Sequence record: PP777464.1
DNA: 64,000 bases
Direction: 5' to 3' (one strand)
Shown: in pieces, positions 10,123 through 19,199 of the stretch
Numbering within the stretch: position 1 is the first letter of the stretch
Layout: each line of letters starts with the position of its first letter
Position numbers and translations under genes: made by a program
The notes under the pieces: generated by a model
What the model was told of the DNA's origin: nothing
What the model saw: only the letters and a program-made list of their open reading frames with translations
Database searches by the model: none

Positions 10123-12264
10123 TTAAGATAGGGTGATATATGTTATTGGTTGAGCAGCTTTTAATAATGCCCCTGCTGCGGTAGCAGTAACAATCGGATC
10201 GGCAATATCGATACGATACGCATTATTAACAACATAAACTGCTCTAGTGATATATGTTTTTAAATCTTCGCCGTTTTCCCCTGCTCCTGTGATTAGGATT
10301 TCGGTTCCAGCAGCTTTAGCATATTGATTATCACCCCATGATACACCCAATGCTTCGATATAAGTTTGTCCTGCAACTGTTTGTCTAATTGTGTCATATC
10401 GACCAAAGAAAGAACCACCTACTGTAACAATAAATTTTCCACCTGATTGTTTATGGATAATTGTTCCTGCTGGGAAATATCTCCCACCAGGAAAAACATC
10501 ATAAGGCACGTAATACTGTTCAACTACAGGTATTACTACAGGTCCACGATGACCCGTTCCATCAATTGCAGTGGTTACTTTAAAGTTATTAGATGATTGG
10601 TCAATACGGTCAACATACATTCTTGAGAAACTATATTTTGATATGTTACAATCATCTTGAACAACACAATTAGTCCAGTTGGTATATGTATATTTAGAGC
10701 GAGTATATAAGCCCCCTCCTTCACCTTCAGTTGCAAGGTGTTGTCCAATAACATCAAGTTCTTTAGTACTGATATTATTAAACTTGGAAGATGACGGCAA
10801 TCCACGCCATTGAATTCTACTACATGTAATATTAGAAAGTTCAGTAGTATTTAGCCAATTATCAGAGCCTGAAGTATACACAATAATAGACGACTCAGGA
10901 ATGTGGAGATTACATAATTTAAAGTTTCGTGGAGGACCAGCAAATTTACCAGATGTTACGCCCCAGTTAATAGAAACCATACGGTTAGTTACTGATGGAT
11001 CATTTAATAGATGCCCAGATAGGCCATCAATAATAAAATCAACAGAACCATAAGTAATTACACCAGCGGTTGTCAAACCAGTACCAATTGATACCAACGT
11101 TGATGGATAAACTTCATTATTGAGAATTTTAAAGTCTTTACCCAACTCAACGTGAATACATTGACGGACATTGTACAAGCGGTTATTTTTTATAACGAAT
11201 TTTTTTACATATTGTGAATCATCAGCATTCACATCATAAGGACCAGAACCTGCAACACCGATACCAATACCCCAGTTTGAAAGAGGAATTGGTGCATTTG
11301 TACCATCTACGTTTTCAATCAAGTTACCTTCTATTACAAATCCGTCTGGGTAATGTGAGTTGACTACGTTCAATTCAATTGCATCACCATATATATCATG
11401 GATGTGGTTGTATGAATAACGCCCAACGGTCATTTTCTCACCAGTGCCTTGCTGAAGAACACCGTACTTACATTGTGTCATTTCATTAAAGCAGAAGTCG
11501 ATAGTACCTGATTCAGTCATACCTTGCATTAGAAATGCAGCAGTACTTGTAATATTAATAAATTTATTAAAATAAAATTTACCATTACCACCAAAGAATT
11601 TTAAATAACATCCTGTTAATGTTGCTTGTTGGATTGTACTATTCAGTACCGATACCATTGTGCCACCGTTACCAGTGATTGTACCACCAAACCATTGAAT
11701 ATCATTCAAATAAACAGCAGTTCTGATACGATAATTACCACCAGCTTGAATTTGGATTTTGTGTTCTTTAGCATAAACTGCACATGCGTTAACCGCCGCC
11801 GTGTCATCAGTGATGCCATCACCTTTTGCACCAAACTCTTCTGGAGTTATGTAAAACTGTGCCTGTTGAAGTGTTCCTCCAGTAATAAGTCCGATATAAT
11901 CAGCACCGTTAACACTGGAAAGGACATTTTTATTAATGTATAATGATTTTACCCAAACATCATTTGTTTTTGCAAAGATATCAACAATACCCTCAGAATC
12001 AACTTGAAAATAAGTGTTGTTATTTTTACCAATGTCATTTGTTGGTGGAAGTACGCCAAATAAAGCATTTGGGTTATCTTCAAGATACCTAACGTTTACT
12101 GCGGAATCATCGTCATTAGGAGTTCCCACCTTAACAGGTAGGAACGTTTCGCCTAAAAAGTCTTTGATTGCGACAGAATCGTTTACAAAATTAATAGAAG
12201 CACCACGTTTACCCAACTTGAATGTTGGCATCATGGTCCCTTCTAAATTGGAAAAAACTGCCAT
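10123..12264 (-). CDS. Tailspike/depolymerase with WcaM-like beta-helix (putative colanic-acid-degrading enzyme)
   Basis: Pectate-lyase-3-type start ITPEEFGAKGDGITDDTAA. The segment GDAIELNV...NWGIGIGVAGS.Y...VKKFVI.N...RQCIHVELGKDF matches recalled WcaM motifs (GDAIEWNV...NWGIGIGLAGSTY...VKNFVVAN...RQLIHVENGKHF). Confidence 0.8.
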   Translation of the reverse strand: MAVFSNLEGTMMPTFKLGKRGASINFVNDSVAIKDFLGETFLPVKVGTPNDDDSAVNVRYLEDNPNALFGVLPPTNDIGKNNNTYFQVDSEGIVDIFAKTNDVWVKSLYINKNVLSSVNGADYIGLITGGTLQQAQFYITPEEFGAKGDGITDDTAAVNACAVYAKEHKIQIQAGGNYRIRTAVYLNDIQWFGGTITGNGGTMVSVLNSTIQQATLTGCYLKFFGGNGKFYFNKFINITSTAAFLMQGMTESGTIDFCFNEMTQCKYGVLQQGTGEKMTVGRYSYNHIHDIYGDAIELNVVNSHYPDGFVIEGNLIENVDGTNAPIPLSNWGIGIGVAGSGPYDVNADDSQYVKKFVIKNNRLYNVRQCIHVELGKDFKILNNEVYPSTLVSIGTGLTTAGVITYGSVDFIIDGLSGHLLNDPSVTNRMVSINWGVTSGKFAGPPRNFKLCNLHIPESSIIVYTSGSDNWLNTTELSNITCSRIQWRGLPSSSKFNNISTKELDVIGQHLATEGEGGGLYTRSKYTYTNWTNCVVQDDCNISKYSFSRMYVDRIDQSSNNFKVTTAIDGTGHRGPVVIPVVEQYYVPYDVFPGGRYFPAGTIIHKQSGGKFIVTVGGSFFGRYDTIRQTVAGQTYIEALGVSWGDNQYAKAAGTEILITGAGENGEDLKTYITRAVYVVNNAYRIDIADPIVTATAAGALLKAAQPITYITLS

Positions 12265-12278
12265 TTATCAACCCTCTT

Positions 12279-13406
12279 TTAAATGTTATCTTGAATAGGC
12301 TGAATAGGTGCTTGCCATGATAAAGTACAAACGATCTTCATTTCACCAAATGAACTGTTGTTTACGGAATCATTGAATACACAAGAAATGATTTCATCTT
12401 TACTTGATACTTCGTGGTTGGTTTCGTTAACAATGTAACGCATTTTGCGGTTGATATCGAAATAATCAACAGGTGCAATTACAGTACCACCAATATCTTC
12501 TTGTGCTTCACCACCGAAACGTACAAACATTTCATTTACTGGTTCATCATATGCTTGGTTAATATCAACTTCGATATTAGTTACTAGGTATCCAGCAGGG
12601 CATGTACCAATAACTAACAATGCGTTAGTCCATGAATGATCAATAGTGTTGATGATAACAACTGTATCTTTACCTGGTTCACCCTGAATACCTTGTTCAC
12701 CTTGCTTACCTTCTTCACCGTCTTTTCCACGGAATAAGATACCAGCACTCCACTCTTTAGTTGGGGTTGATGATGTAGTTACGATATCGACATAATACAA
12801 ATTACCATCTGTCGTGTTATAGAAGCAATAATCTTGTGGTAGATTATCAATGCTTGGGAATTGACTACCAGTACTATCAATATGGAAACGACCACGTAGA
12901 CCTTGTTCACCACGGAAAGGAATACCATCACTCCATGTTGCAGTTACGCTTTGATAGAAATATAATTTACCATCTTCAGTATTATAGAATGTGTAATTAT
13001 CGAAAAGACCAGTTGTTGGAAACACAGTACCGGAACTGTCAATGTGGAATGGTTTACCAGCTTCACCAGTATCACCTTTACCAAACTCTACACGGTTCCA
13101 AGTACTAATTGCTTCTTGTGCATCGTTTGATTTAAAATATAAAGTACTAGTGCCGTTTGCAAGACTAAGATAACACCACCCTAGTTCTTCACCAACACGG
13201 AAGAGTTCATTAGGAACTTCAAAACCTATCTCATTTGGATAAAAGTTTCTACCGTTAGCACCATTTTGTCCAACCACTAGACCTAGGTCTTGGATTGTAT
13301 TGTCGGAATAGGTTACAATTAAATGTCCAGCAGCGTTAATAACTAAACTTTTGATGCCAGAATTATTACATGAACCACCTGACCCATTGTTGAATGAAAT
13401 TGTCAT
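12279..13406 (-). CDS. Collagen-like (Gly-X-Y) fibre or whisker protein
   Basis: GKDGEEGKQGEQGIQGEPGKD plus two ~60-aa repeats (FHIDSxG..FP..FYNT.DG.LY..W..GI.FRG). Start moved to ATG 13406, which has SD AAGGG. Confidence 0.7.
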   Translation of the reverse strand: MTISFNNGSGGSCNNSGIKSLVINAAGHLIVTYSDNTIQDLGLVVGQNGANGRNFYPNEIGFEVPNELFRVGEELGWCYLSLANGTSTLYFKSNDAQEAISTWNRVEFGKGDTGEAGKPFHIDSSGTVFPTTGLFDNYTFYNTEDGKLYFYQSVTATWSDGIPFRGEQGLRGRFHIDSTGSQFPSIDNLPQDYCFYNTTDGNLYYVDIVTTSSTPTKEWSAGILFRGKDGEEGKQGEQGIQGEPGKDTVVIINTIDHSWTNALLVIGTCPAGYLVTNIEVDINQAYDEPVNEMFVRFGGEAQEDIGGTVIAPVDYFDINRKMRYIVNETNHEVSSKDEIISCVFNDSVNNSSFGEMKIVCTLSWQAPIQPIQDNI

Positions 13407-13442
13407 AATATTTCCCTTGTATGAGTTAATGTCATATACCAA

Positions 13443-13484
13443 TATTTATCAGTACAAAATACATTTCGTTGCCATTAATAAATA
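13443..13484. promoter_or_regulatory. Divergent pair of late promoters (GATAAATA minus 13443-13450; AATAAATA plus 13477-13484)
   Basis: nnTAAATA motif upstream of both divergent structural operons. Confidence 0.5.
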
Positions 13485-13515
13485 AATGAAAGTTCACTAC
13501 TAAAAGGGCTTAACA

Positions 13516-14013
13516 ATGGCATTAAGATCAAAAGACTTCCTCTTCAAAAGAAAAACTAAAGATGGTTCATGGCAAGAATTTCCTGAATCAGATAGCTGGT
13601 ATCCTGCTAACTTAGATTATCATTGGAACGAACAAACATTACCATTAGCTAGTGGCGGCTATTATGGTAGTACTACAGGATTACATACAATATCCTTTAC
13701 CCTACGTAACTTCATTGGTAGAATTTACGTACTCGCTACACTGGCAAGTAATCCATCTGACGATGATTGGTTCCCAATTAAATTTACCGAAAGCTGCAAC
13801 TTCTATCTTGAATTTACTGATAATGTCATTCTTAACCCAAATGGTGGTGACCTTATTAGAGAACAAGGTACAACTGGTACATTCGCTGAAACCTTAACCG
13901 GAAACTTTACCTATCTGAAAGTTGGTATTGACCGTGATTACATTAGCAAGTATCCATCTGATGTACAAAAAAGTTTAGCTGGTAAGTTAGAACAAATTTT
14001 AATTAACTACTAA
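13516..14013 (+). CDS. Hypothetical (probably structural) protein
   Basis: 165-aa ORF with SD, first gene of a late operon. Confidence 0.65.
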   Translation: MALRSKDFLFKRKTKDGSWQEFPESDSWYPANLDYHWNEQTLPLASGGYYGSTTGLHTISFTLRNFIGRIYVLATLASNPSDDDWFPIKFTESCNFYLEFTDNVILNPNGGDLIREQGTTGTFAETLTGNFTYLKVGIDRDYISKYPSDVQKSLAGKLEQILINY

Positions 14014-14022
14014 GGATTAGAA

Positions 14023-14631
14023 ATGAAATTAGAAACAGAACAACCAAAACTATTTGTTAAGGGTCATGTACTAATTACTGACGTTACTGATCCATCTAAC
14101 CAAAAAATCGTTTTGGATAAATCAAACGCAATTCACCCTGAAAATATGAGTACTGCTATTGCTAATGCGTTGGCTTATAATCAAGATAGTACTGGTATTC
14201 CTATTGGATCTATTAGTGAGATGCGTTTTGGTAATGGTGGAACAGTAGTTTTGAGTACTGGTCGTATCACATACAAGAAACCACGCGTTACTTCTTTCGG
14301 TGGTCTATATTCTCAGACTTATCTGAAAAAAATCAACCCACGTATCTCTGCTGGTATTGATTCACAATATAACAACATTACAACTGTTCACATTCCAGGT
14401 CAAGCTTACACTGATATCGTCTGTATTTGTACATTAGGTTTAGGTGAGCCATCTGACCAAGGTGTTAGCTCTGGTACTAGCATGGATGGGACATATGTAT
14501 TTGACGAATTGGGTTTATATACAAATGGTGATAGCGGTATTCCACTTACCCATATTATTTTTCACCCAGTTGAGAAAAGTGCTAACCGTGTTTTGCAAAT
14601 CAAATACACAGTTCGTGTCCAACTACAATAA
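14023..14631 (+). CDS. Conserved virion structural protein of large myophages
   Basis: Motifs NAIHPENMS, MRFGNGG, FDELGL and THIIFHPVEKSANRVLQIKYTVRVQ are recalled from large T4-like phages. Confidence 0.7.
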   Translation: MKLETEQPKLFVKGHVLITDVTDPSNQKIVLDKSNAIHPENMSTAIANALAYNQDSTGIPIGSISEMRFGNGGTVVLSTGRITYKKPRVTSFGGLYSQTYLKKINPRISAGIDSQYNNITTVHIPGQAYTDIVCICTLGLGEPSDQGVSSGTSMDGTYVFDELGLYTNGDSGIPLTHIIFHPVEKSANRVLQIKYTVRVQLQ

Positions 14632-14643
14632 TAAGGTGATGAT

Positions 14644-15744
14644 ATGAGTGTAAGTTATACAATTTATAGAAGTAATGGTAGCGTTTATGCTACCATTCCA
14701 AATAACGTAATATTAGGACCAAACCAACCTGGTAGTAACCCAGTACCGTTAAACTTTGCAGGTCGAAATAAAGTTGGTTACGGTCAAGCATGGAACGAAA
14801 ACTTCCTCCACTTGGTTGAGAACTTCAGTGGAGCTACTGCACCTCGTGGTAACGTTAATGGTCAGATTTGGTACAGAAATACTGGCAACACTGGCGAACT
14901 ACTTCTTGCATTAGTTGATAATGCTCGTCAGCCAGTAGATACTGCATCTGAAGCTGACTGGGCATCTATCCCAATGATTTCAATTTTCAACACAGTACCA
15001 GATGGTGAAAATAGTATTATGGGTCGTATGGTTCTTACCAGTAATGGTGATTCCCTTCGTGTCCTAATGAAAAATAAAGAATGGCGTGAAATTCAAACAT
15101 CTCGTCCAGAAAATAAAGAGTACTCCACACTACTTGATATCAACTATGATACAGGTAAGAAATATATTGAATTTACACAAAGTAACAGTACTAAGCCATT
15201 AGCTTACTTCAATATGGGTGGCACTTCACAGGTTGATTCAAATAACTGGACAACATTCACAAATGGTACTGGGGTGTTTGAATTTGGTAGTAACTATTTT
15301 TATGAATTGAAAATTATGATTCGTGAAGTTAGTGATTCAACAGGTGAAATTGTTTCTCTTCCGTATAATTCAAAAACATTTTTCATTAAAGGTCAGTTCT
15401 ATGTTGATAACCAAGGTACATTTGTTCCTGGTTCAATTGGTGCAAGTCAGATTCCAGATCCACGTCGCATTACACAACTAGAATCAATCAAGGATGTAAT
15501 TACAAGTAGTCGCCCGAATTGGGATGTTTCTATGGTAATTAATGATGTTGACCCAACTCTCCCAAATCCGAATGGTATTACAAAAGCGGATTACGAAAAC
15601 TGGGTGATTAACTCTCTCAACTCTAATAAAAACTTAGGGTTCCGCGTCGATGGTATAGTAAACAACCTTTCGGCAGGTGAGTCAGTTAAGCTTCAAGCAT
15701 CTGTTCTACTTAATATAACAGGTATCCCACTGATTGGGGTATAA
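14644..15744 (+). CDS. Baseplate or fibre-associated structural protein
   Basis: N-terminal GRNKVGYGQAWNENFLHLVENF...P...GQIWY motif typical of large-myophage fibre/baseplate anchors. Confidence 0.6.
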   Translation: MSVSYTIYRSNGSVYATIPNNVILGPNQPGSNPVPLNFAGRNKVGYGQAWNENFLHLVENFSGATAPRGNVNGQIWYRNTGNTGELLLALVDNARQPVDTASEADWASIPMISIFNTVPDGENSIMGRMVLTSNGDSLRVLMKNKEWREIQTSRPENKEYSTLLDINYDTGKKYIEFTQSNSTKPLAYFNMGGTSQVDSNNWTTFTNGTGVFEFGSNYFYELKIMIREVSDSTGEIVSLPYNSKTFFIKGQFYVDNQGTFVPGSIGASQIPDPRRITQLESIKDVITSSRPNWDVSMVINDVDPTLPNPNGITKADYENWVINSLNSNKNLGFRVDGIVNNLSAGESVKLQASVLLNITGIPLIGV

Positions 15745-15748
15745 AAAG

Positions 15749-15776
15749 AAAAAAGGAGCCAATGGCTCCTTTTTTT
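15749..15776. terminator. Bidirectional terminator between convergent genes
   Basis: AAAAAAGGAGCC-aat-GGCTCCTTTTTTT. Confidence 0.9.
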
Positions 15777-15777
15777 A

Positions 15778-16242
15778 TTAATATCGATATGGTAAGCTGT
15801 TGACAAACTGTGTACCTTGTCGTATACTTTCCCACAATGAATAAAAATCCTTCATTAAATTTGCGTTGAGTAATGTGTTTTTTGCACCAGGATGTAACGG
15901 TTTAGGCCATGAGCCAATCTTAACCCATGCATAACCAGAACTCTCATGATTTAAAGTAGGTACGAATTCATTTTCAACTACAATGACAAATGAATAGTAT
16001 TTAAATTTACCATTCTTAGTGCAGAACACATCAAATGGTATAATATCTATTATCGTTGGAATAGAATCACCTAGTTCTTCTTTAATCTCACGCATAAGAC
16101 CCTGTAAAGGAGTTTCATTATACTCAAGCTTCCCACCAACAAATGCCCAGTTGTTAGAATACGTACTTCTTTCTGATCTCAAGTTTAACATCATGTGTCC
16201 AGTACTTTTAGATAAAAATATAGCACCTACTGCTTCATTCAT
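15778..16242 (-). CDS. NUDIX hydrolase
   Basis: Nudix box GGKLEYNETPLQGLMREIKEELG. Confidence 0.92.
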   Translation of the reverse strand: MNEAVGAIFLSKSTGHMMLNLRSERSTYSNNWAFVGGKLEYNETPLQGLMREIKEELGDSIPTIIDIIPFDVFCTKNGKFKYYSFVIVVENEFVPTLNHESSGYAWVKIGSWPKPLHPGAKNTLLNANLMKDFYSLWESIRQGTQFVNSLPYRY

Positions 16243-16254
16243 AACAACACCTCC

Positions 16255-17598
16255 TTATTTGTCAGTGAAAGTTATTTTCCAATACCCCTGACGATATACT
16301 GACATAATACTCTTATGCCATTTGAATTTGTCATTATATCTATAATACCCACTATCTTCCATATTATAAACATAGTTGTGTACTAGTGATGGCTCAATAA
16401 GTTCTGCTCCATCATTGGTAATTTTAAACAAATAGTTCGCTGGGATTTCAGTCTCTTTGTAAATGATGTTATGTATGCTATTATTTACATAATATTGTTC
16501 AGGCAGTGCGTTATATAACAAAGAGCTTTTACTAATGAATCCATGTATTGTATAATCAACAGTATAATTACTATTATCAAGCTGAACTACAATCTTGTTA
16601 GATTCAGCACCTTCACCAAATGAAGAGATGTGTCCTTTTAGTGGGTTGTCCTCTTCTATAGCTTGTTGGAATTTGATACCAACCGTCTTGTCTTCATATT
16701 CTGGGTCCAAGTACTTAAGGTATTTTTCCCATGAATAAATTCCACCATTTGGTGATGTTTCTGATAGTGATTGACTAACAAGAGTGAGTTGGTAAGTATC
16801 TGGAATATTAAGTTCAGAGTTTGTTATTTCATCAACTTTAATACATAAGTTCTTTGGTGTGAATACATCAGTAATGATATCCGAGTAATTACCAATTTCA
16901 AAATCAAGTTCATCACGAGCACCTTTAATATTGGTGGTAATTTGTTGAATAAGTTTTGGTTTCTCAACAATAGCTGGCAAAGAGAACCAAATTGTGGTTT
17001 CAAATGTCAAAACCATTATATCCAAATCACTATCTGTTCCTTGTGGGAAACCACGAGTAGTAAATTGACAGTCAATTAACTCCACATCACTCAATGATGT
17101 CCAATCCAATGGGTTCTCGGAGAGTTGTAATTGAATACTAGGAGCAAACAATGTTGAAATTTGCTCAAATAGTTCCATTTTGGTTTGTGTTTGTGTAACC
17201 CAAATATTAACATCAAAAGTAAATGTCCAAGGTACTGGGTTATGACGAGTTACTTTATACTGTTTATCTAAGTCTTTAGTATATTCGTTAATTCCAGGGG
17301 ACTTGTTAGTCCCCATAACTAATGTTTCATTTGCGTTCGAACGAACTGACTTGCGATCTAGTTTAAGTTGGTTTACACTAATGGTCATGATTGGTGCTGT
17401 TGGAAGCACGTTCTCACTGTTACCATTAATAATTGCTGCTGCCATACGTGAAATATCTGCATAGCGGCAAGGAACTTTCTTATATTTTGGTTTTCCGTCA
17501 GCATCAACACCATTTTGTACTTGAAATTCACCAAACACTCTGATAAGATGTTTCAGTACTCGACGAAATTGACCATCATAATAATAATCTATTTTCAT
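16255..17598 (-). CDS. gp15: Tail terminator / sheath stabilizer (T4 gp15-like) with C-terminal extension
   Basis: N-terminus YYYDGQFRRVLKHLIRVFGEFQV...KVPCRYA, and PVPW.F.F.V.IW; position next to the neck gene. Confidence 0.75.
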   Translation of the reverse strand: MKIDYYYDGQFRRVLKHLIRVFGEFQVQNGVDADGKPKYKKVPCRYADISRMAAAIINGNSENVLPTAPIMTISVNQLKLDRKSVRSNANETLVMGTNKSPGINEYTKDLDKQYKVTRHNPVPWTFTFDVNIWVTQTQTKMELFEQISTLFAPSIQLQLSENPLDWTSLSDVELIDCQFTTRGFPQGTDSDLDIMVLTFETTIWFSLPAIVEKPKLIQQITTNIKGARDELDFEIGNYSDIITDVFTPKNLCIKVDEITNSELNIPDTYQLTLVSQSLSETSPNGGIYSWEKYLKYLDPEYEDKTVGIKFQQAIEEDNPLKGHISSFGEGAESNKIVVQLDNSNYTVDYTIHGFISKSSLLYNALPEQYYVNNSIHNIIYKETEIPANYLFKITNDGAELIEPSLVHNYVYNMEDSGYYRYNDKFKWHKSIMSVYRQGYWKITFTDK

Positions 17599-19091
17599 TC
17601 TGAATCCTTATGTATACGATACGCTGTATTAGGTTTAACTGCATCATGTAATGGTACACGGTTCGGGCTATTAACAAATTCTGTTAGAGCAAGATCTGCA
17701 CCTTCCCACGGTTTTCTACCACCGTAATCGAAAATCACCCAAGAATTCTTGGACGCACTGTATTCCCATAGGGTTACTGGTGTATAATCGGTACGATAGT
17801 AGTAATCACCATCAACTGCATCACTTGGGAACATATTACCTTCAGGAACTGTACCTCGTGCTGGAGGAATCTTAGGACGATAATCTTGTTGTGAATCGAT
17901 ATTTCCATAAACACTATTAGAAGTGAATGGGTCATTAACGTAAGTTACTTCTGGTTCTCCCCATTTACCATTTAAGTACTGATAAATGTGTGGTTCTTTG
18001 TATTCAATATAAAAATCATCAACCCCTTGTGGTGGTGTGCTTTCTGTAGTATACTCAACATCACAATTTAGCCACTTTTTGGCAGATTTATCGTATTGAT
18101 ACAATGAGAAGCCAGTGACATCAGCCTCGTTTTCTTTAAAGAAGAAGTCACCATCCATCGGTTTGCGAGGAAAGATTGTTCCACGCTTGACTTCTACAGA
18201 AATCCATGTATCATTAGATAGTTCTTTCAGTACTGGGTAAGTTTTCTTGAGGAAATACATTTTATTTGCTGGTTCCTCTGGTAATTCGTATCCATTTAGC
18301 ATATACTTAGACAAATCAACAGTATCTGGTCTGTCATCGAACAAGTGTTCGTTAGTAAAATGAATGTATGGTACTTCATCATCAGCTTGCATAATGATAC
18401 GGTTCATAATATCCATTTCATTACCATAGCTGCTGTTCTCTGAAGAGCCATCATCAGTATTACCATTGCCGTTGTTTGGATCATCTGGGTCATCAGGGTA
18501 GTTATTGTTACCTAGAAGGTCAGAGTACTCTGGTGAATCAGTAAGAGGTTTAACACGGAGTTTGTAAATGTGATGTTGCCATGTAACTGAGTAACCTTCT
18601 GACGTTCTAAACCCATCTTGTACTACATAGAAGCGGTTTAAACCAGAATCTTTACCAAGTACATCAAAATCACGTAAGTTAGGAAGTTCGATTACGTCAC
18701 CTGGCATAATTTTTCTTCCCAAACGCTGAATCATTGTGTTATAATGAATTGTGATGTCCATAGTGTTAAAGTTGAAGAACAATCCTGGGATTTTCAAGTC
18801 AGGAGTTGCTTCTTGGACTTGGTAGACGCAACTTAAGGTGATAGCTTCGAGATTATAGTTACGACTTGGAGTGTCACCAAAAATTAAATCACCAATGCTT
18901 GACACAACGGTACTATCTGATCCATAATAATCACCGCCGTATGATAAATCAGTGTTATCAGCGACTTGTTTTGGTCCGACATAGGCATAAAGCCACATGT
19001 CAACACCACCGATGTTGTATTGTTCTGCTATGGCAGAGTCAATGAACTTGTAATCATTGGTTCTACCTTTTTTCCACATTCTATATGCCAT
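17595..19091 (-). CDS. gp14: Neck / head-completion protein (T4 gp14-like) with C-terminal extension
   Basis: NDYKFID..I.EQY.IGGVD, GRKIMPGDVIELP, GYSVTWQHHIYKL. Start moved to ATG 19091 (SD GGAG). Overlaps gp15 by 4 nt. Confidence 0.7.
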   Translation of the reverse strand: MAYRMWKKGRTNDYKFIDSAIAEQYNIGGVDMWLYAYVGPKQVADNTDLSYGGDYYGSDSTVVSSIGDLIFGDTPSRNYNLEAITLSCVYQVQEATPDLKIPGLFFNFNTMDITIHYNTMIQRLGRKIMPGDVIELPNLRDFDVLGKDSGLNRFYVVQDGFRTSEGYSVTWQHHIYKLRVKPLTDSPEYSDLLGNNNYPDDPDDPNNGNGNTDDGSSENSSYGNEMDIMNRIIMQADDEVPYIHFTNEHLFDDRPDTVDLSKYMLNGYELPEEPANKMYFLKKTYPVLKELSNDTWISVEVKRGTIFPRKPMDGDFFFKENEADVTGFSLYQYDKSAKKWLNCDVEYTTESTPPQGVDDFYIEYKEPHIYQYLNGKWGEPEVTYVNDPFTSNSVYGNIDSQQDYRPKIPPARGTVPEGNMFPSDAVDGDYYYRTDYTPVTLWEYSASKNSWVIFDYGGRKPWEGADLALTEFVNSPNRVPLHDAVKPNTAYRIHKDSE

Positions 19092-19122
19092 GTTTGTCTC
19101 CAAAATAAATCGGGTATATCTT

Positions 19123-19130
19123 TATTTACC
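19123..19130 (-). promoter_or_regulatory. Late promoter (GGTAAATA) for the gp14-gp15-NUDIX operon
   Basis: nnTAAATA motif ~30 nt upstream of the start. Confidence 0.5.
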
Positions 19131-19133
19131 TTG

Positions 19134-19161
19134 TTGACAAACGCAAAGAATGTGATATAAT
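19134..19161 (+). promoter_or_regulatory. Consensus sigma70 promoter for clpA
   Basis: TTGACA-N16-TATAAT with an extended -10 TG. Confidence 0.85.
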
Positions 19162-19199
19162 GTTTATTAATTAGAGTGACTACTCATTTAGGAGAATAC

